The notes: generated by a model from the sequence alone, not told the origin. A DNA stretch of 64,000 bases from Macrostomum hystrix (GCA_950097015.1 CATNEN010000002.1:4774001-4838000), one strand, 5' to 3'. Shown: positions 35,045 through 47,025, counted from the first letter of the stretch. Numbers and translations are program-made.

Positions 35045-38000
35045 TCACTGATCGCGCGGCTCAGGTGGCGGCAGATCGAATCCTTGCCTCTCGAGCTCCA
35101 GCCGAACACCGGGGCTTGCCCTGGCTGCCAGCTGCTTGATTCTGTTTCTGCGGTCGCCATCATGCTGCTCGGTGTGGTCCATGAGAAATTTCACGCAACT
35201 CAGGTTGCTGCGATAAACGGCATACATCAGAGGCGTTGAACCGTTGACATCCACTGCGTCCAGATATCCTCCATTCTGGGAAAGAAGTTCTAGGATTTCG
35301 GTCCGGCCGGCAACAACTGCGAGGTGCGCAGCTGTCAGGCGCCTATTATTGGATTTATTTAAATCGCATCGTCCGCTGCCAAGCAGGAATTTAGCCATGT
35401 CTTTGAATCCCTGGCGACAAGCGTACATGAGCCCGGTGGTGCCATCATTATCTGGGTCGTCAAGAGGCAATTCCTGATCGTGCGCAAACTTGACAATGTC
35501 GATAAAAGCATTCTTGTTTGAAACAATGCAAGCCAGATGTACAATATCTCGACCCATCGCATTTTTGTGGTGAATGTTGCAGCCGTACTCCAGAAGCAGC
35601 TTCAAGGACTCCAGGTGACCTGTGCTGGCACATTCCAGTATCGGAGTGTCTCCATCAAGATCCTGTGAGTCCATGGGGGCATTGTTTTCCTTCAAGAAGC
35701 GCAGCAGATGACAATGTCCGAAAAAAGCTGCACTTTGTGCCAGACTATTTTTGTGATTGTTGCTGGCATTTTGCCAGTCTGGCATGCCGGAAATCGCTTT
35801 TTGAACCATGTGTAGATTGCCTGAAGCAATGGCGAATCGCACAGTTTCTTCTCCAGTGTTCTCGTTAACATCTCTCATCGGCGCTCCTCTCTTTAACAGC
35901 CAGTCCGTCATGTGCTGGTGACCGCTCTGGACTGACAGGTGGATGATGCAGTCGGGAAGTCCTGGATCAGCCGCGTTCTGGTGCAGAAAGCTTGCAGCCT
36001 CTTCCTGTCCGTTAAGTACCGCGCATTGAAACGGCGTCAATTTCTGAGCATTTTCCGTCACGATGCAAGCAGGATTGGTGTCTAAAATGTGCTGCAGGAT
36101 GTGCAGGTTTCCATGAATTGCTGCATAGTGCGCGCTATTGCTCTGGTTGCCGCAGGTTGCTTCACACTTGTAGCCTTTGCTCTGCAAATATTTGAACATA
36201 TCCAAATTGCCAATGGCTGCCGCCAGGTGCAGTGGAGACTTGCTAGGCTCCGGTTCCACGGCATCCGGCTGAAAAACAATTTTGCAATGCTCGAAAAGCC
36301 ACTGCACCAGTTTAAGCTTGTTCTCAACCACCGCCACGTGCAGAGGTGTGCGGCCACTCGAGTTTCGCAGATCTGTCCGGCACTGTAACTCCAAAAGTAC
36401 TTCGGCCATATCTAGTCTACCCATTATGATCGCCTGGTGGAACGCAGTGTTACAATCAGAATCTTGGTCGTTTAGAATTTCTCTAAGGAAAGTGCACTTT
36501 GGGTTGGCTCTCAAAGCTTTCAGCAATTGAATGTCACCAGCCCAAACCACTGTGTGAACAATCGTCTGGCTGCTTTCAGTTTTCTTTCCATCGAAGCCGT
36601 TGTCGAGAAGAAACTCGAGTTGCTTGAGGCTTCGATGCTTGAAAATATCTTTCAACTTCAATTGGCCCACGACATGCTCAATGCTAAGCTGCGCACCTTT
36701 CTCATGAAGAAGCTCGATCGATTTCACGCAGTTCAGCGCTACTGCCAACGAAAGGGCAGACAAGCCCTTCTTATTAGTGGCAGTGGCGTCTGCACCTCGG
36801 TCCAGCAGCAACTGGACGGCCCTTTCTTTCCCGTGTCGAATAGCACTGAAGAGAGGCGTTTCACCATCGTTGTCGACGGGATCAACTCGAGCATTTTGCG
36901 ACAGTAGAAACTGGATGATCGCTCTGCTTCCTACTTTCGCTGCAAAGTGAAGCGCCGCTTCGCCTTTAAGATTCGCAAAGTTCACATTAGCGCCCGAGTC
37001 GAACAACGCCTGCAGACACTTGATCGCAGCCTTCTTGGAAATACATCCTGGAGGTAATTTGCTCTTTACAAGGTGTTTAGGAAGTTCCTTCGTCTTTGCA
37101 ACAATGTCAAGAAGTTTGGGCTTTATGGAATCCTGCCGACGAATGCCCTCTTCGATGGACCTCTTCAAGTCTTCCAGGTGTTCGTTTGTCTCCCTCTCAA
37201 ACACCTTTACTTTGTCCAGTTTCGACGTGCACGGCTTGGCACAGATGGTGTGAGCTGCATTGTTTCCCTCATTGTTGACCTCCTCAGCTTTTGCTCCAGC
37301 CTTCAGCAGCAGAGGGATAAGCTTTAGGTGGGAATTCTTCGCCGCAACTATCAGAGCGGAGTCACCAAGCGCATTCTTGTAGTTGACATGAACTTTCTGC
37401 TGAATAAGGTAGCTCGCAATGTCTTCGTGTCCACTGGCGCATGCAATCGTCAGACAGTTTTCACCTAAAGTAGTTCGGCTGCTCAGCGACATCAGACCTT
37501 GAATCTCCTGGAGAATCTTCAGATTTCCGGCCTCGCAAGCAAGATGGGCGATGCTGCGTCCTTCCTGATCGAAGGTTTCGTCGATTCTGCCTCCTTTGCT
37601 ACGAAGCGCTGCCAGAACTGAATCGCTGCCGATTTTGACGCTAAGCATCACAGGAGACGTACTGGTCTCATCAAGAGCATTGGGATCAAGTTTTTGTTCC
37701 AAAATAAATTGTATTGCCTCTTGGTGCGGATTCTTTCCTTCAACGGCATAGTGGAGAACAGTTTTAAGGGCTTTGTCTGTTGCAGCGACAGAGCAGCCAG
37801 CGTCAGACAAAAGGAAGAATAAGAAATTCTTGTCCTGCTTTGCAGCAGCCAGAAAGACAGGCGTGACGTCGTTCAGATCCAGCTGGTTCACCTTCGCGCC
37901 GCTGCTGTAAAGGAGCTTTAATAGGTCCATGGATCCCGACTCGCAGGCGAAATGAGCGGGTGTTCGTCCATTGCGCGCGACAGCGTTAACGTCGGCTTTC

Positions 38001-40147
38001 TTATTGATGAGGAACCTGGCCATTTCAAGCTTATTGTTTGAGCAGGCGATCATGAGTGGCGTAATGCCATTGTTGTCCTCCTGGTCTAAAGCGCAACCAA
38101 ACAAAGAGAAGAACTGGACAATCTTGAGATTGCCGCTCTTCACTGCCAGGTGAACTACATTTTCACCTCTGTGATTTCGTCGATTCACATCGGCACCAAC
38201 AGACTTTAGGACTGTAATTAGAGATTCGCTGCCTTGAGCAGCGCTGATCATAAATGGAGTCATTCCGTCTTGGTCATGTGTGTCAAATGGACACCCAATA
38301 TCCAGCAGATGCATCAAGGCATCGTTCTCCTTCAGCATGCATGCGTAGTGCATTGCGTTTTTTAACTTCTTGTTTGTTGCCTGGATTTCGCAGCCAATTT
38401 TAGTGAGAAACTGGAGGATCTCGTAAGTCTTCTTGTGCTTTAAGGCCTCTAAAAGAAGGGTATTGCCGGCATTATCGATCGTGCGCGGATCCGCCCCCTT
38501 TTCAGTCAAATACTTGACTATGTCTAGTTTCCCAGACGACACAGCATGATGGAGAGCAGTCTTGCCTGATCTATCCTTGTGATCTATTGAACAAAGATTG
38601 GCTTTGCTTGTCAGCACCTTGATAGCGTCGAATGCTCCATTCCTGACAGATATAATGAGCGGTGTCATTCCGTTTGAGTCAGGTTCATCAAGGCAGATCT
38701 TCTTTTCACGAAGAAAATTTAAAAGTGCCACATTATTTTCCTTCACCGCGTAGAATGCAACAGTGTGCCCGTTTGCGTCCTTGGCATCGAGCCGACAGCC
38801 CTTCTCCGCCAGATAACGAACCATTGACAAAGACTTGTTACGTGCTGCGCACAGAATGGCCGTCTCTCCCGTGCGATTTGGTATGTCAAGTTCAGCGCCC
38901 TTTTCGCCAAGCATCATGAGGATGTCTTCTTGCTTGTTATGAGCTGCCCTAAGCGCTGGCGTCACACCTCGACGATTTCTGGCGTTTAAATCGCAGCCGT
39001 GGTCGATTAGAAATTCAACAGCCTGGATCGGGCCTTTCTGGCTGATAGCAAGGAGTGTTGTCTCTCCGGATTCAGCATCCTGCTCGTTGAGATTGACATT
39101 GTGCTCGGCGAGAAATCGGAAGAATTCAACTATCTCCGTTTGCCTTACAGATGCGGCCATGAGAGCAAGATTTCCTTGTTCTTCGTGAGGTTCTAAAGAA
39201 CATCCTTGTTCTACCAAGTATTTAAAGAGCTCAAAAGAGCCTTGAGCGATCGCCAGCTGGACAGGAGTGATATTTTGCTTGTCTTTCTTGAAGATTGGGG
39301 CGCCTTTTTCGCGCAAGAGTTTCAAGATGTCTAAGTGCCCGGTAAGAATGGCAGTCTTGGTAAACTCTTCATTCTGAGACACGTCGCAGTCGTTGTCAAG
39401 CATGTACTTCACAGCGTCACAGTAACCATTTTGAACGGCACATCTCAGCGGACTGCGACCATCATCTTCAACCTTGTCGCTGTACTTCACCTTGAAGTAC
39501 TGGAGCATCTCAGTGTGACCGCAGAGGCCAGCCTGAGAGGCCAGTATCAGCTTATGCCGATAAGCGACGTCGCAGTTCTGATCGTGCATGAAGCGCACGA
39601 CCTTCACCCAGTTCTTTGTGACAGCTTTTGCCAGAATGCTAGTTGTTGGCTCTTCACTCAGCTGATGAATGCAGGATCGCTTCTCTTCCAACAACTTGGC
39701 AATCTTGGTGTGGCCGTTAAACAGAGCGTAAAACACGGCTGTCAAGCCGTCATTAGTCTTTTTTGAAACATCGACATCCCGATCAAGGAGCTGGGTGACG
39801 ATCACGGCGCTGCCGACTTGTGCAGCGCACATGAGCGGTGTTATCCCGCTGTTGTCGCTTTTTTCTGGATCGGCCCCTCTGTTGAGCAGGGTGCTGAACA
39901 CATCCTGGTGGCTGGAGAGAGCGGCAAAGTGCAAGCCTGACCGACCTTCTTCGTTTGTGACATCTGGACTCATGCCTTTCAGAAGAAAGGCGTGCACGGA
40001 ACGGTTATTGCCTGCTGCGATAGAAGAGAAGAATAATTTATTTTCCACCTTCTCTTTTTCTGCCAATATGTTCGCCTCATTTCTCATGATTTCTCGTTGT
40101 CCCCGCTGCATCAGCCTTGCTAGGGACTGGCGGAGGTCCTCTTCCAT
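35045..40147 (-). CDS. Giant ankyrin-repeat protein (~1700 aa, roughly 40+ repeats) encoded almost entirely by one exon
   Basis: Uninterrupted ORF full of TPLxxA/LHxAxxxG motifs. Acceptor ttcattccatgcag just upstream, probable start MEEDL at 40147. A donor gtgagt at 35048 suggests a small last exon from ~35005. Confidence 0.9.
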   Translation of the reverse strand: MEEDLRQSLARLMQRGQREIMRNEANILAEKEKVENKLFFSSIAAGNNRSVHAFLLKGMSPDVTNEEGRSGLHFAALSSHQDVFSTLLNRGADPEKSDNSGITPLMCAAQVGSAVIVTQLLDRDVDVSKKTNDGLTAVFYALFNGHTKIAKLLEEKRSCIHQLSEEPTTSILAKAVTKNWVKVVRFMHDQNCDVAYRHKLILASQAGLCGHTEMLQYFKVKYSDKVEDDGRSPLRCAVQNGYCDAVKYMLDNDCDVSQNEEFTKTAILTGHLDILKLLREKGAPIFKKDKQNITPVQLAIAQGSFELFKYLVEQGCSLEPHEEQGNLALMAASVRQTEIVEFFRFLAEHNVNLNEQDAESGETTLLAISQKGPIQAVEFLIDHGCDLNARNRRGVTPALRAAHNKQEDILMMLGEKGAELDIPNRTGETAILCAARNKSLSMVRYLAEKGCRLDAKDANGHTVAFYAVKENNVALLNFLREKKICLDEPDSNGMTPLIISVRNGAFDAIKVLTSKANLCSIDHKDRSGKTALHHAVSSGKLDIVKYLTEKGADPRTIDNAGNTLLLEALKHKKTYEILQFLTKIGCEIQATNKKLKNAMHYACMLKENDALMHLLDIGCPFDTHDQDGMTPFMISAAQGSESLITVLKSVGADVNRRNHRGENVVHLAVKSGNLKIVQFFSLFGCALDQEDNNGITPLMIACSNNKLEMARFLINKKADVNAVARNGRTPAHFACESGSMDLLKLLYSSGAKVNQLDLNDVTPVFLAAAKQDKNFLFFLLSDAGCSVAATDKALKTVLHYAVEGKNPHQEAIQFILEQKLDPNALDETSTSPVMLSVKIGSDSVLAALRSKGGRIDETFDQEGRSIAHLACEAGNLKILQEIQGLMSLSSRTTLGENCLTIACASGHEDIASYLIQQKVHVNYKNALGDSALIVAAKNSHLKLIPLLLKAGAKAEEVNNEGNNAAHTICAKPCTSKLDKVKVFERETNEHLEDLKRSIEEGIRRQDSIKPKLLDIVAKTKELPKHLVKSKLPPGCISKKAAIKCLQALFDSGANVNFANLKGEAALHFAAKVGSRAIIQFLLSQNARVDPVDNDGETPLFSAIRHGKERAVQLLLDRGADATATNKKGLSALSLAVALNCVKSIELLHEKGAQLSIEHVVGQLKLKDIFKHRSLKQLEFLLDNGFDGKKTESSQTIVHTVVWAGDIQLLKALRANPKCTFLREILNDQDSDCNTAFHQAIIMGRLDMAEVLLELQCRTDLRNSSGRTPLHVAVVENKLKLVQWLFEHCKIVFQPDAVEPEPSKSPLHLAAAIGNLDMFKYLQSKGYKCEATCGNQSNSAHYAAIHGNLHILQHILDTNPACIVTENAQKLTPFQCAVLNGQEEAASFLHQNAADPGLPDCIIHLSVQSGHQHMTDWLLKRGAPMRDVNENTGEETVRFAIASGNLHMVQKAISGMPDWQNASNNHKNSLAQSAAFFGHCHLLRFLKENNAPMDSQDLDGDTPILECASTGHLESLKLLLEYGCNIHHKNAMGRDIVHLACIVSNKNAFIDIVKFAHDQELPLDDPDNDGTTGLMYACRQGFKDMAKFLLGSGRCDLNKSNNRRLTAAHLAVVAGRTEILELLSQNGGYLDAVDVNGSTPLMYAVYRSNLSCVKFLMDHTEQHDGDRRNRIKQLAARASPGVRLELERQGFDLPPPEPRDQ

Positions 40148-40689
40148 TTTTCTTATATTCCAATGCGCAACGTACACCTGCATGGAATGAAAGTGAAACT
40201 TTGGAGACTATTTAGAACCGTAAGACTTCTGGACTTTTACTTAAATAAAAAAATTTCCTGGTATCCTGGTATCGTAGAAAATAATATAGGCACTATGTTT
40301 TAACTGCGACATGTCTTGCTCTCGTCAGGCATCTAAAGGCTTTGAAGTAGCTCGTATATGTGTAATAGGCATAAAAATATAAGTTCTACGCTCGTATTTT
40401 CGAAATGGTGCTGTCAGCGACACTAGAAGTTGGCGACGACAAGTCCACACCGAGGACACTGCAGCATCGGCGTAGTCCATACACAAAGATCTAGTATAGC
40501 CGCCTAAGGAAATCAGGCATCCATACTGAGAACAACTGGGATCATGACTATCAGGATCATCGGATCAGCAACAATCAGCAAGCAGCAATAAAACAATTAG
40601 GGTCCTGATTAGGAGTAACTAAGGTTCTGATTAGAAGCAAAAAAAGTTATGATGAGGAACAGCTAATGTTAGTAATAATTGAGTTCATC

Positions 40690-41060
40690 TTTAGGAATAA
40701 TTGAGTTCATGACTAGGGAATAGCTAACGTCATGATTAGTAACAATTGAGGTCATGATTAGTAACAATTGAGGTCATTATTAGTAACAATTATGGTCATT
40801 ATTAGTAAGAATTGAGTTCATCATTAGTAACAATTGAGGTCATTATTGGTAATAATTGAGGTCATTATTAGTAACAATTGAGGTCATTATTAGTAACAAT
40901 TGAGGTCATTGTTAGTAACAATTGAGGTCATGATTAGTAACAATTGAGGTCATTATTAGTAACAATTGAGGTCATTTTTAGTAAGAATTGAGGTCATGAT
41001 TAGTAAGAATTGAGGTCATGATTAGTAACAATTGAGGTCATGATTAGGAACAAATGAGCT
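40690..41060. repeat. 22-bp minisatellite (aacaattgaggtcat(g/t)attagt)
   Basis: Tandem units seen directly. Confidence 0.9.
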
Positions 41061-41164
41061 CATGACAGGAAGCAGCTAATGCCATGACTAATAAACAAGA
41101 AAGGTCATGATAATGATCAATTAGACAGGAGCGGGATCATTGAGCACAGCTGAAAAAAGTTGAG

Positions 41165-41478
41165 TTGCATTGCTGTTTCGGCGCATTTGCCTCTCGCACC
41201 AAGGAGACTGAGCTCGAATTCGCGGCGAGGCCGGGCTTATTTTGCCGTGGAAAGAAGGCTTGGGTTGCTTGTCGAGCAATTTGCGCCCTTGGCCTTGAGG
41301 GTCAGCCTCCAAGGCACAGTGAGAGTGTACACTACCTGGCGATGAGAAAGCCAGGGCAGTTGTAAACACCTGTATGAGTATGTGCTCAGAAGTCATCGGA
41401 ATAGACAGAATCGCCTTTCGCTGGCTGCGTGTCTACTGTCACCAAATGATGTGCCATTGCCCACAGCCCACAGCATAC
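41165..41478 (+). mobile_element. Diverged SINE copy
   Basis: gcatttgcctctcgcacc...ctcgaattcgcggcgaggcc head and shared body. Confidence 0.75.
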
Positions 41479-42153
41479 GAGTATATAGACTCTGAGGTCA
41501 GCACAGAACATAATCATAAAATTTATTACTGTTGGGTTTAAATAAAGTTCTTATTAATTGTATAGCAAGAAAACAACTCACAGAACTCGGTCGTGCGCGG
41601 CTCTTGCAGGACAGATGATGCTATGCTACTATATACTTCCAGGTGGACAGATGGAGTTACCGGCTGGTTTATGGCTGTTAGAAGCAGATTTCTTAAGATA
41701 AACTTGTCGCATTATAATTGTAAAAATGCAGACCTAATATACAGGTATAGAAGACAATCAAAGATGTACAGACATGTAAGTACGTGTTCTGCAAAACTGA
41801 ACTTCCCTTTAGTGTGTAAACAGACCGTGAAATAGTCTTGGCTGACTGTGTTTGTCAACGTTTAACTTCACATACTTTTCTTTTTCCTGATACGTGGCAT
41901 GGTAACTAACGATATTTAAAAATAGCCTTTAACAAGAAGAGAAGTTCTCTTTTTGTTGCGAGCTGCAATGAACATGTGTACTGTGCATATTTTGTCGGCG
42001 CAAACTGGTTGAGAAATAATTTCTATGTGACTCATACCGAGAGCTCATAAACGTGGTTTCATTCGCACCTGCGCAACCAAATATTGAGCTGCTACTTTGA
42101 TGCAAAGTTATTAAAACTGACAATTTAAATTAGCGAAAATTCCTAAAATTTAG

Positions 42154-42226
42154 TTCCTTCAGGTAGGCTCGAACGACTACCCTTTCGCTAACAGCAGAAA
42201 TTGCTAGCCGATTGCGACACGGAGAC
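42154..42226 (-). pseudogene. Decayed tRNA-Asn pseudogene
   Basis: aggtaggctcgaacgactaccctttcgctaacagcagaaattgctagccgattgcgacacggagac is colinear with the intact copies but has a damaged anticodon arm and stems. Confidence 0.75.
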
Positions 42227-42781
42227 GATTTGGCAGTCTTGATATTTGATCGAGATCTTTCACTGAGAAATTTACGAGTAGGGCTGAGTGCGAAAGTGTG
42301 GTAGCAATGCCACATTCACTTTCTTGTTAAACTGGCTCCGATAATAAGCAATTTACTATTCAGTTACTTTGTATTGATCATAAATGCGTCCAGGTACACA
42401 ATCTATTTAACGCATCTCTTGTACGTTGAAACAGCTACGAGCCTATTTTAACATGATAGCTGTTCCTTAATCCTATTTCCATCACACTCACTCATGATAT
42501 ATTTCTCATCCATCTCTCAATCACCTTACTGACCATCCGATCCTGCCGCACCCTCTTCAACACCCTCTCCCTCACCCTCTGCCTCGTCCTCAACGTCAAC
42601 CCAGCTGATCTATCAAATCAGTAGTAAATAGTGTTTAATCACCAATTAAAACATTGCCAGCAAATGAAATAGAGCTGACTTGCATCGCTAATTTAAGTTA
42701 AGCATCTGCAAACCTGGACATTCTTATTATTTTATTAACAATTCTCCTATTTGCAGGTGCGTCACAACAAAAAATGGTACT

Positions 42782-42855
42782 CGCCTCCAGGTGGGCTCGA
42801 ACCACCAACCTTTCGGTTAACAGCCGAATGCGCTAGCCGATTGCGCCACGGAGGC
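42782..42855 (-). tRNA. tRNA-Asn(GTT): tRNA-Asn(GTT)
   Basis: GCCTCCGTGGCGCAATCGGCTAGCGCATTCGGCTGTTAACCGAAAGGTTGGTGGTTCGAGCCCACCTGGAGGCG; cloverleaf; T-run terminator; A at position 26. Confidence 0.92.
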
Positions 42856-43656
42856 CTCCGCTGGGATCGGAGGCGATTTGAATCTTTCAATTTTGTCAAA
42901 GATCATGCACTGATCGCAGCAGGTGTTTTATCTGCTACAGTCTGTAATATGGGCAACAAAAAGTAAAGCACTGCTAACTGCTTAGCATAAGTAGGGCTTG
43001 AGATTTGAATGTGTGGATCACTGCTGGGCAAATGTTTGCATTGTGTGTGGCTGTGTTTGATGAAAGATGGCAAAGAAATTAGTCAAGTCGATTATTTCAG
43101 TATTATTAATTTCCCGTGTGTATAAAATAATACTTTTTACAAAAATAATCACTAAGCCTAGCTGACTCTAGAACTACATGTTAGACTACATCGTTAATTA
43201 GGTGATTGTGTTTTGCTATTTCATGCAACTTTTACTGAGAATTAATGTTCTACAGCCTTATATTTACTGCGCTCAGTGATGAGTCCTAGAGACTCCCACT
43301 TCGTTACGGTGTCAGCGAATATGTCAAAGGGCTGCTTCCTTTGACTGGCTGAATCTTCGCACGCAGCTTGTCGACGACCATCGAAATGAGGAAAGTTCTG
43401 AAATATTTTTTTCTCAGCCCAGATGGTGTGCTACAAGTGGCAGAGATGGTTGTGATGGTGGATGATGTGATAGGCACATTCTACTCGTAAATTTGATAAG
43501 TTAACATTTTAGTCATCAGCTTATTTTACTTATTTCTTAATCACCTTTGCTACAGTGCCTCTCTGTCTCTCTTTCTTAGTAACTCACATTCTTGCCTATC
43601 ACCTCGCTCCATCACCCACTCCATTTGTAGGTGCATCACATGCCAAAAATGGTGCT

Positions 43657-43673
43657 CGCCTCCAGGTGGGCTC

Positions 43674-43710
<37 letters not shown>

Positions 43711-43730
43711 GCCGATTGCGCCACGGAGGC
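43657..43730 (-). tRNA. tRNA-Asn(GTT): tRNA-Asn(GTT)
   Basis: Consensus copy with anticodon GTT, GTTCGAG T-loop and TTTTT terminator. Confidence 0.95.
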
Positions 43731-44633
43731 CTCGGAGTGATTAAAGGTGCGTTGGCCACTTTTAGACTCCCAAAATCAAATATGCCATATTTACAATGCA
43801 ACCAGTGCGTCCAAGTTCAAGATTTTCTGCCCCGCTTGGCTGTTTAATCTGCCGCGATTCGTAGAACATTTTCTACGAAAATGGTGTCACTGTGCAAGAA
43901 ACTTTCAAGACGCCTGACATTTGTCAAGTTCAAATTTTAAGAAGTCACTCGCTGAAGAGGGATCAACCACTCTAGTACTCGTAGCAACCCCACCAGGTGG
44001 ACGATTAGATTTTGGCAATCTGCGTTCAGGAGGAGTTTGAGAAGTATTTCAGTGTGGGCTCATGAACTGCCTATTGTTTTTTGAATTTTTAAGCTTCGTT
44101 TTTCTTCTTCCATGTCATTAGTCAACACGCGACCGGCCAGAGCCAGTGCAGCAGCACCAAGCCCCTCAACCTCAGTCTAGTTGAGGTGGGTTTGGTGCAC
44201 CCAGCCGGCTTAGAGCCTCCCGAGGCCCCTCTATCCTGCGCTCTTTTGTTTGGTATAAATATACGCGCAATGCGGCAAAAGGTTTCGCTGCCATTTCATC
44301 TCGTAAACAAAAAGGCCTTCCGCCTAACGTCCGCAGCCCGTGTGCTGGGGGATCGACCCGGCCTATGGCGCCAACTGACTGTCGATTGTTGCCTTCAATT
44401 TCGGCGCCTGTCTAGTGCACCTGCTGTTTAGGGCCCCAGCTCCCGCTGCCTCGGCGCGAGCTCCTTCGGTCTTCGGCGCATTACTGGTGCACACAGCAGC
44501 AGATCAAACAACCGAGCGGATATGTCCTTTATTCTCCTGACAGAATGCACTCAGCCTAGCTTTGTGTGCTCAACGTCTCCAAAGAATCTGAAAATATCTG
44601 AAAATAAGCGATACGACTTCAATCCCAGCGGAG

Positions 44634-44656
44634 GCCTCCGTGGCGCAATCGGCTAA

Positions 44657-44690
<34 letters not shown>

Positions 44691-44707
44691 GAGCCCACCT
44701 GGAGGCG
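44634..44707 (+). tRNA. tRNA-Asn(GTT): tRNA-Asn(GTT), D-stem mismatch variant
   Basis: As consensus but GCTAACGC instead of GCTAGCGC, breaking one D-stem pair. Confidence 0.85.
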
Positions 44708-45066
44708 ATCACCATTTTTTGCTATCCCAAATCTTGCTTAACAATGATTTGTTGCTGATGCTCATGGCGATGTCACGCACTTCACGCCAAAAGCTTGCAA
44801 GCTTGCATACTCAAGGATGCGATGCGAGAAAAGGAGTATGGGAGAAAAGTCTCTTGTTCAAATCTGCTCGCAAAACAAACAGATAAGACAAAAGAGGTTT
44901 TACAATGATGAGACAGTGGCTATAAGACTATCGATTGTCCCCTCTCTATTACCCTCTCCACAACAATTTCCATCACCCTCTCCATCTCCATAGATAAGAA
45001 ATAAGTTTTTGTTGACATGCGGAAGGCCAACCAAGCGATATTGAGCAGTTTCTAAAAAATGGTGCT

Positions 45067-45083
45067 CGCCTCCAGGTGGGCTC

Positions 45084-45120
<37 letters not shown>

Positions 45121-45140
45121 GCCGATTGCGCCACGGAGGC
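45067..45140 (-). tRNA. tRNA-Asn(GTT): tRNA-Asn(GTT)
   Basis: Consensus copy with terminator. Confidence 0.95.
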
Positions 45141-45828
45141 CTCGGGGTGATCGGAGGTTTGTTGGCCACTTTCAGACTTCCAAAATCAAATATTCTATAT
45201 TTACAATGCAACCAGTGCGTCCAAGTTCAAGATTCTCTGCCCTGCTTCGCAGTTTAAGACACCTGTGAGATTTCAAGACACGTCATATCAACGTACTGAT
45301 ATGTTAGCGTCAGCGTCAAGTTTAACTTTTAAGAAGTCACTCGTTGATATGTCAGTTGTCTTGAAATCCTACAGTCTGACTGTGACTATGACAAGGACTC
45401 ATCAATGAGCACAAAAATATAAAACTGTAGAACTTTTATTCTCACCATTTTTAATGAAATTTGAAAACAAACACTAAACTATACATTCTTAATTCCAGAA
45501 TCATTCAGTTCAAAGACGATCTATCAAAATATGTTAATTTTGTGCTTTTGTACAAAATCATTGACTACACAGTAAAGCAATCATGATTAAATTATTGACT
45601 TGACTATTTTAGTCGCCATATTTCATCAAACTCAGCCGCCCACACAATCCAAAGCTTGCCTAGCTGTGATCACACATTTCTCAAGCGTTTCTCATGCTTA
45701 CCATTTAGTATAGTGCTCATTGTTTCCCAATGCAAGGTACAGACTGTAGCAGATAAAACACCTGCTGTGATCAGTGCATGTTCTTTGACAAATATGAAAA
45801 TTTCCGATCGTCTCCGATCCCAGCGGAG

Positions 45829-45848
45829 GCCTCCGTGGCGCAATCGGC

Positions 45849-45885
<37 letters not shown>

Positions 45886-45902
45886 GAGCCCACCTGGAGG
45901 CG
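45829..45902 (+). tRNA. tRNA-Asn(GTT): tRNA-Asn(GTT)
   Basis: Consensus copy with terminator. Confidence 0.95.
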
Positions 45903-45989
45903 AGCACCATTTTTTGCTATGTGACGTTGTTGCTGCCAAGGTCCGCATCAGAGCTTGCTATCTGGTGGTTTTTCTGTGACCCAGGCCCG

Positions 45990-46730
45990 TAATGCCACCC
46001 GCTGCCAGCGGTTCTTCTTGCTGTATAACGCCGAGACCTGGACCATGACGGACGCCTAGGAGAGGCAGCTGGACGCTGTGATGCTGCGTGCGGCATTCGG
46101 GGTGCGCAACGGCCCGGGCAGCGAGACCATAATGGTAATAATAATAATAATAATAAAAATAATAATAATAACTGCAGGAGGGCTGCGGGCAATAGCACAC
46201 CATTTAGTGACACTAGACCCGCAGCCAGTGAGGAGGCAATTCTGCTCATTTCGCTGACTCTTGAGCACACACACACACACACACACACAGATGCTGTACG
46301 CTGGCACACGCTGACACAGGTGTATACATCTGCCCTGACTTTCTTATTATCAGGCAGTGTACATTTCACTGTGCCTTGAAGGTTGGCCCTCAAGGGCCAC
46401 TAAAATTGCACGACAAGCCACCAAGCCTTCTCTCCGCGGCTGCGCCCTAATAAATGTGGCCTCGCCGTGGAATCGAACTTAGGGACCTCGGTGCGAGAGG
46501 CAAACGCGTTAACCGCTCTGCCACCGACCCCCAGGCAGCGAGACCAATGCCGCGCTCTACGCAATGGCCTGACGTGGCCTTTTGACCTGCTGCGCAAGCG
46601 GCGACTTTGACTGGGTGGCCACGTCATCCGGTCGGAGGCTAAGCCGCTACGCGACGTGCTGCTGCTCAAGCTGCAGGGACCGCGCAGGCGAGGCCAAGGG
46701 CGAACGGCGAGATTTCCTGACCGCTGGCGC
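45990..46730 (+). mobile_element. 3' remnant of an RTE-clade LINE, split by a SINE
   Basis: FLLYNAETWTMT...LDAVMLRAAFGV...ETNAALY...KRRL.LGGHVIR...GPRRRGQGR matches the RTE ORF C-terminus (LLYGxETW...RRLxxxGHxxR...GxRxRGR); contains stops. Confidence 0.75.
46130..46533 (-). mobile_element. tRNA-derived SINE with 13-bp TSD and (ATT)n tail
   Basis: TSD ggcagcgagacca at 46117-46129 and 46534-46546; head GGCAGAGCGGTTAACGCG...GTTCGATTCC; internal (CA)n. Confidence 0.9.
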
Positions 46731-47025
46731 CCCGGACTAAGCTAGCGGGTGTGACTTTTTGAGGCCGTTGGCCCAGAGTCGCTCTCAACGATTCCTACCC
46801 CCTTTCTGGCCACTGCGTAGTTGGCGGGAGCAGCTCTTTGTTGTTGTTACAAATATAGCTCATTCACGTAGTATAAATGTATGCACAATGCTGAGAGCTT
46901 CGGAATTTTCATCAGGAGTTCGCAAGATCGAATCTCGGACTAGGTAAAAATCTAACCTTGAGCAATTCACTTCATTCTAAATTACCAAAGTTCACCTAAG
47001 CTGTTGAATAGGTATCAGCATTAGA

